This document shows, one piece after another, positions 36,308 to 40,500 of a DNA stretch of 40,500 bases (positions within the stretch are counted from its first letter, which is position 1; each line of letters begins with the position of its first letter). The DNA is from a virus, in the UHGV virus genome UHGV-0090882; one strand, given 5' to 3'. A program made the position numbers and the translations under genes. The notes under the pieces were generated by a model, which saw only the letters and a list, made by a program, of their open reading frames with translations, searched no databases and was not told the origin of the DNA.

Positions 36308-37185
36308 GCAATGATATCGCAATCACATCACAACCAGGCGCAACTGTAGGCACTGCTGCGGCAATCTTCAGCCCCGAGGGCATGAATCAACTGGTGCGTT
36401 TCGCGGAGTTGATGTCACAAAGCAAAGCGACTGTACCGAAACATCTTGAAGGCAAACCTGCCGATTGCCTGGCGGTGACCATGCAGGCGGCACAGTGGGG
36501 AATGAACCCTTTCGCCGTGGCGCAGAAAACGCATGTGGTAAACGGAACGTTAGGCTACGAAGCACAGTTGGTAAACGCGGTCGTATCCTCTTCCAGCCTG
36601 CTGGCGACACGCCTGAATTATCGCTGGAGCGGTGACTGGTCGAATGTTAACGGCAAAACAGATAAATCACCGAATCTGACGGTAACTGTGTCAGCAGTTC
36701 TTAAAGGAGAAGCAGAACCCCGTGAGCTTACCATCAGTATGGCGCAAGCCGGAGTGCGTAACTCTCCATTGTGGGAACAGGATCCGCGCCAGCAGCTTGC
36801 CTATCTTTGCACGAAACGATGGGCTCGCCTGCACGCTCCTGATGTGCTTCTCGGTGTTTACACCCCTGACGAATTACAGGAAACGGCACCGCGCGTTGAG
36901 CGAGACATTACTCCACAAACGACTACTGCTGCGGGAATGAACAGTCTGATCAACGCTAAACCAGCGAAAAAGCATGATGAGCAAACGCGTAAAGCGGATA
37001 GCCGTGATCCAGAAGAAATGCTGATGGCCTTTACCAGCGCAGCGATGAATTACAGCACTGTCTCCGAACTGGATAAGGCTTACAAATACATTGCACAAAA
37101 ACTTTCAGATGATGACGAACTGCTGGCAAAAGCCACCGACGTTTACAGCGCTCGTCGGGAAGAATTAAACGAAACATCTATGTAA
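36304..37185 (+). CDS. Single-strand annealing recombinase, Bet/RecT (Red-beta) family
   Basis: 293 aa; YG(M)NPF and RDITP blocks align by eye with lambda Bet (GLNPW, RDITPV). Confidence 0.65.
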   Translation: MSNDIAITSQPGATVGTAAAIFSPEGMNQLVRFAELMSQSKATVPKHLEGKPADCLAVTMQAAQWGMNPFAVAQKTHVVNGTLGYEAQLVNAVVSSSSLLATRLNYRWSGDWSNVNGKTDKSPNLTVTVSAVLKGEAEPRELTISMAQAGVRNSPLWEQDPRQQLAYLCTKRWARLHAPDVLLGVYTPDELQETAPRVERDITPQTTTAAGMNSLINAKPAKKHDEQTRKADSRDPEEMLMAFTSAAMNYSTVSELDKAYKYIAQKLSDDDELLAKATDVYSARREELNETSM

Positions 37186-37234
37186 CCACCACCGCGGCGC
37201 CACGCGCGCCGCACTGCAACCAAGAGAGGTATTT

Positions 37235-37483
37235 ATGAAAGGTGCATTAGGTAAGAAGGAACTCCTGGCGGTGGTGCCACTGTCATGGAGCACTATCGAC
37301 CGTATGGAGCGCGCAGGGGAATTTCCTAAACGCTGGTATATCACTGACAAACGCTGCGCATGGAACCGTGATGAAGTTGAGCGTTGGCTTGATGAACGTC
37401 AGGCAGCAAGCCCGGCAGAGTTCCAGGGTAAAAAACCTCCTGTTCAGCAACGTGTATATCGTCCTGTGAGCAACGCGGCATGA
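37235..37483 (+). CDS. AlpA-family phage transcriptional regulator (HTH)
   Basis: 82 aa; ...LSWSTIDRMERAGEFPKRWYI...AWNRDEVERWLDER typical of AlpA/excisionase-like HTH proteins found with P4-type integrases. Confidence 0.6.
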   Translation: MKGALGKKELLAVVPLSWSTIDRMERAGEFPKRWYITDKRCAWNRDEVERWLDERQAASPAEFQGKKPPVQQRVYRPVSNAA

Positions 37484-37592
37484 GTGTGCTGCTAAGGCAC
37501 TGGAGCAAATGGTCAGGATGGTACTTATTCCTGGCCTCTGTTTCAGCATGGCTTTATCTGCTGGCATTAATTTTCAGAGAGGGTTGGATTAA

Positions 37593-37892
37593 GTGAGAAA
37601 GTTAAGCCGACTTGAAAAATATCACATGAACAAGGTTTCAATGCGCAGCCATTCAAAGGTTGTTGCCGTTACTCCTGCGGCGATAGAGATCGAAAAACGC
37701 GCGATTGAAAGAGAGAAAAAAGGGCAGTTCCGCATTGCCGCCCACCTTTGGCTTCAGTGTATGGATGTTGCTTCTGGTGATGTTGAGCGTGCAAGGATCG
37801 CGGTTCGCAGGGACCAATGTATCACAAAAGGTAACGGCCTTCGCCGTGGCGACTATAGCGGCATAGGATGTTGTGGGGTGGTTTATGACTAA
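37593..37892 (+). CDS. Hypothetical small regulator-like protein (possibly PerC-like; unverified)
   Basis: 99 aa basic protein; assignment from vague recall only; start may be the internal ATG (MNKVSM...). Confidence 0.3.
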   Translation: MRKLSRLEKYHMNKVSMRSHSKVVAVTPAAIEIEKRAIEREKKGQFRIAAHLWLQCMDVASGDVERARIAVRRDQCITKGNGLRRGDYSGIGCCGVVYD

Positions 37893-38535
37893 GAAATACA
37901 CACTAATCTATGCAGATCCACCCTGGGTATACCGGGACAAAGCCGCGGATGGTAATCGCGGTGCCGGTTTTAAATATCCGGTTATGAGTGTGCTGGATAT
38001 TTGCCGCCTTCCTGTGTGGGATTTGGCCGATGAAAACTGTCTGTTGGCCATGTGGTGGGTGCCAACACAACCACTCGAAGCACTAAAAGTTGTTGAAGCC
38101 TGGGGATTCCGTCTGATGACCATGAAGGGCTTCACGTGGATAAAATGTGGTAGTCGACAACCAGATAAACTGGTTATGGGTATGGGACACATGACTCGCG
38201 CCAATAGTGAAGATTGCCTGTTTGCAGTAAAGGGAAAACTACCTCCACGCATTAATGCAGGGATCGTTCAGTCATTTACCGCACCGCGGCTTGAGCATTC
38301 AAGAAAACCAGATGTCGTTCGTGAAAAACTTGTGCAATTGTTAGGCGATGTTTCTCGCATTGAACTGTTCGCCCGCCAGTCGTCTCATGGTTTCGATGTT
38401 TGGGGTAATCAGTGCGAAGACCCGGCAGTGCAACTACATCCTGGATACGCGTTGGATATTGGCGGATTAACAAATGCATTCAGCAATGCTCCGCTGTCAC
38501 CAACAGACAACCAGGGGCGGGAGCGTGCAGCATGA
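37885..38535 (+). CDS. DNA N6-adenine methyltransferase, MT-A70 family
   Basis: DPPW catalytic motif near the N-terminus ([10 protein letters not shown]); ATG at 37885. Confidence 0.7.
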   Translation: MTKKYTLIYADPPWVYRDKAADGNRGAGFKYPVMSVLDICRLPVWDLADENCLLAMWWVPTQPLEALKVVEAWGFRLMTMKGFTWIKCGSRQPDKLVMGMGHMTRANSEDCLFAVKGKLPPRINAGIVQSFTAPRLEHSRKPDVVREKLVQLLGDVSRIELFARQSSHGFDVWGNQCEDPAVQLHPGYALDIGGLTNAFSNAPLSPTDNQGRERAA

Positions 38536-39191
38536 ACCTATATCAACGCATCAATGGCGCTGACTGGTGCAATATCTTCGTCGTCGGAGATCTGCATGGG
38601 TGCTACACGCTGCTGATGAACGAACTCGACAAAGTTTCATTCGACCCGGCGCGCGATTTGCTTATTTCCGTTGGTGACCTTGTTGACCGCGGCGCTGAAA
38701 ACGTCGAATGCCTGGATTTGATTACTATGCCGTGGTTCCGAGCTGTTCGTGGCAACCATGAGCAGATGATGCTGGATGCACTGGTCAACGGCGGAAGTTT
38801 CGGACATTGGATGTCAAACGGCGGTGGATGGTGGCACCAACTTGATTCTGAGCAGGATGTGCAACTCAAATACCTTCTGCCAAAGGTTACCAACCTCCCG
38901 ATGATTATCGAACTGGTTACCGGCAATAAGAAGGTCGTCATCTGCCACGCAGACTACCCGCACAACGAATACGCATTCGATAAGCCAGTACCGGAAGAAA
39001 TGGTGATATGGAATCGTGAGCGGGTTAGCGACGCGCAGGACGGTATTGTCTCGGAGATAACCGGTGCCGATTTGTTCATCTTCGGTCATACGCCAGCACA
39101 TCACCCACTGGTGTATGCAAACCAAATGTACATCGACACCGGCGCAGTGTTCTGCGGAAATCTGACGCTTACCAAAGTCCAGGAAGGATAG
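38532..39191 (+). CDS. Ser/Thr protein phosphatase (lambda-PPase-like metallophosphatase)
   Basis: Metallophosphatase motifs GDLHG, GDLVDRG, GNHE; ATG at 38532 overlapping the methyltransferase stop (ATGA). Confidence 0.7.
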   Translation: MNLYQRINGADWCNIFVVGDLHGCYTLLMNELDKVSFDPARDLLISVGDLVDRGAENVECLDLITMPWFRAVRGNHEQMMLDALVNGGSFGHWMSNGGGWWHQLDSEQDVQLKYLLPKVTNLPMIIELVTGNKKVVICHADYPHNEYAFDKPVPEEMVIWNRERVSDAQDGIVSEITGADLFIFGHTPAHHPLVYANQMYIDTGAVFCGNLTLTKVQEG

Positions 39192-39193
39192 AA

Positions 39194-40450
39194 TTATTTA
39201 TTACTGTCTTCCATCCACTTCTCAAACTTCGACGGGGAGAACGGAATCAGATCCGTATGCTCCCCGTTAATCCAGGAATCAATCATATCGGCCCACTGCT
39301 GCAACATGTAGGCGCGCTGTCTGGCGTATTCCGCTTTGTTATATACGGCGCGCACACCTTTCTGCTCATGTGCCAGAGCCTTTTCAATCCAGTCTGAAGG
39401 ATAACCAGCCTCATGCAACAACGTACTGGCTGTACGGCGCATATCATGTACAGTGAAGTCCTGAATATGCTCACCATCTTCATTTATTATTTTCACCGTT
39501 CTGTCGATCAGAGAGTTCAGCGCGGCATTAGATAATGGCTTCCGGAAGTTGTAACGACCAGGAACCAGATATTCACTTCCACCAGCGCACATCTGCAACC
39601 CGACCAATATATCCTGTGCCTGTTTAGGCAGGTAAATAACGTGCGCCCGGCTTCCCTTCATGCGGTCTGAAGGAATTGTCCATGTCCATTTTTTAAAATC
39701 TATTTCGTCCCACGTTGCATTGGTGAATTCGCCTTTACGAACCATAGTGATAAGCACCAGCTTTAAAGCCATTTTCATAGTGCCCATAGCACCAATGGCA
39801 TCCAGCGTGCGGAAGAACAGGCCAATTTCTTCTGGTGTCAGTGTTCGCTCTCGTGGTTTAAATATGGCGATAGACGAAGGTTTAATGTCAGCCGCAGGAT
39901 TAAACAAACCATGACCACGGTCATTGGCGTGACGGTATACGCTGCTGATGATCTCCCTGGCCTGCACTGCTGTTGCCCGACCACCGCGTTCGACAATCCG
40001 GTCACACAAATCACGAACCATCGATGTGGTAATTTCAGCCATCATTTTGTTGCCAAGAACAGGAAGTATGTCACGGTCGATCACCGCCTGCTTCATTGCG
40101 CGGGTACTGTCAGCCAGGATGACGTGTTTCATATAACTGTCGGTATGTACCGCAAACGTCTCAGCACCACGAATCTTTTTGATACCGTCACGTTTAGCCG
40201 CAGCCGGTGACTGGCCTGCTTTAAGCAGCTTCTTTGCAGCAATCAGTTCTTCTCGCGCTTCTGCCAGACTGATACCGTCACGCCCATACTGCCCGATTAC
40301 CAGTGTTTCGCGGCGACCGTTGATACGGTAGTCATAGCGAAACGAGACCGTGCCTGACGTAAGCACAGCTACATACAGCCCGTCACGATCGGAGACCTTG
40401 TACAGTTTGTCCTGCGGCTTGAGGTTTTTTAATTTTGTATCGGTAAGCAC
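39194..40450 (-). CDS. int: Tyrosine integrase (P4-type, N-terminal DUF4102-like arm-binding domain)
   Basis: 418 aa; C-terminal catalytic region with ...HDMRRTAST...; terminal gene of the prophage, convergent with the phosphatase gene. Confidence 0.85.
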   Translation of the reverse strand: MLTDTKLKNLKPQDKLYKVSDRDGLYVAVLTSGTVSFRYDYRINGRRETLVIGQYGRDGISLAEAREELIAAKKLLKAGQSPAAAKRDGIKKIRGAETFAVHTDSYMKHVILADSTRAMKQAVIDRDILPVLGNKMMAEITTSMVRDLCDRIVERGGRATAVQAREIISSVYRHANDRGHGLFNPAADIKPSSIAIFKPRERTLTPEEIGLFFRTLDAIGAMGTMKMALKLVLITMVRKGEFTNATWDEIDFKKWTWTIPSDRMKGSRAHVIYLPKQAQDILVGLQMCAGGSEYLVPGRYNFRKPLSNAALNSLIDRTVKIINEDGEHIQDFTVHDMRRTASTLLHEAGYPSDWIEKALAHEQKGVRAVYNKAEYARQRAYMLQQWADMIDSWINGEHTDLIPFSPSKFEKWMEDSNK

Positions 40451-40500
40451 AATTCACCCGTATAGAAACCATTTTCATGACGGTATGAGAGTATACCTTT

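Larger units (their letters stand above)
1124..40500. mobile_element. Integrated temperate phage (prophage): lambdoid regulation/replication with a T7-like podoviral virion module; right boundary not visible in the window
   Basis: Contiguous lysis, tailspike, virion, portal, terminase, O/P replication, repressor/cro, recombination and integrase genes. Left boundary is placed after the flanking plus-strand lipoprotein genes by inference only; no att repeat could be verified. Confidence 0.8.

Overview
The window is almost entirely one integrated temperate phage (about 1.1-40.5 kb; the right end beyond the integrase runs off the window), flanked on the left by two lipoprotein/secreted-protein genes. 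All calls are from reading the sequence and ORF track; no database search was run. Left to right: lysis cassette (two holin-like membrane proteins, GH19-type endolysin, embedded Rz/Rz1 spanins); a 1039-aa tailspike with sialidase Asp-boxes and a C-terminal chaperone domain (suggests a K1-capsulated enterobacterial host); a plus-strand island holding a LexA-box-controlled small antirepressor, a Bro-N antirepressor and an AT-rich single-gene moron; a T7-like virion block (internal virion proteins, tail tubular A/B-like, capsid, scaffold, portal); a plus-strand island with a promoter, ~300 nt of non-coding sequence, a tRNA-Arg(UCU) and a gp49-like gene; terminase small and large subunits; a nin-like block; lambda O/P-like replication genes with iterons inside O; a Cro-like / two-HTH repressor immunity region; a Bet/exonuclease recombination module; AlpA, an MT-A70 methyltransferase, a Ser/Thr phosphatase and a P4-type integrase. 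The most unusual features are a 17-bp palindrome (TTACC-N5-GGTAA) found at 12 intergenic sites in front of most transcription units, a repressor with no autocleavage domain paired with an SOS-controlled antirepressor, a 12-bp palindrome GTGACATGTCAC present three times beside terminators, and the opposite-strand membrane-anchored moron, which is the best candidate for an undescribed defence or exclusion function.
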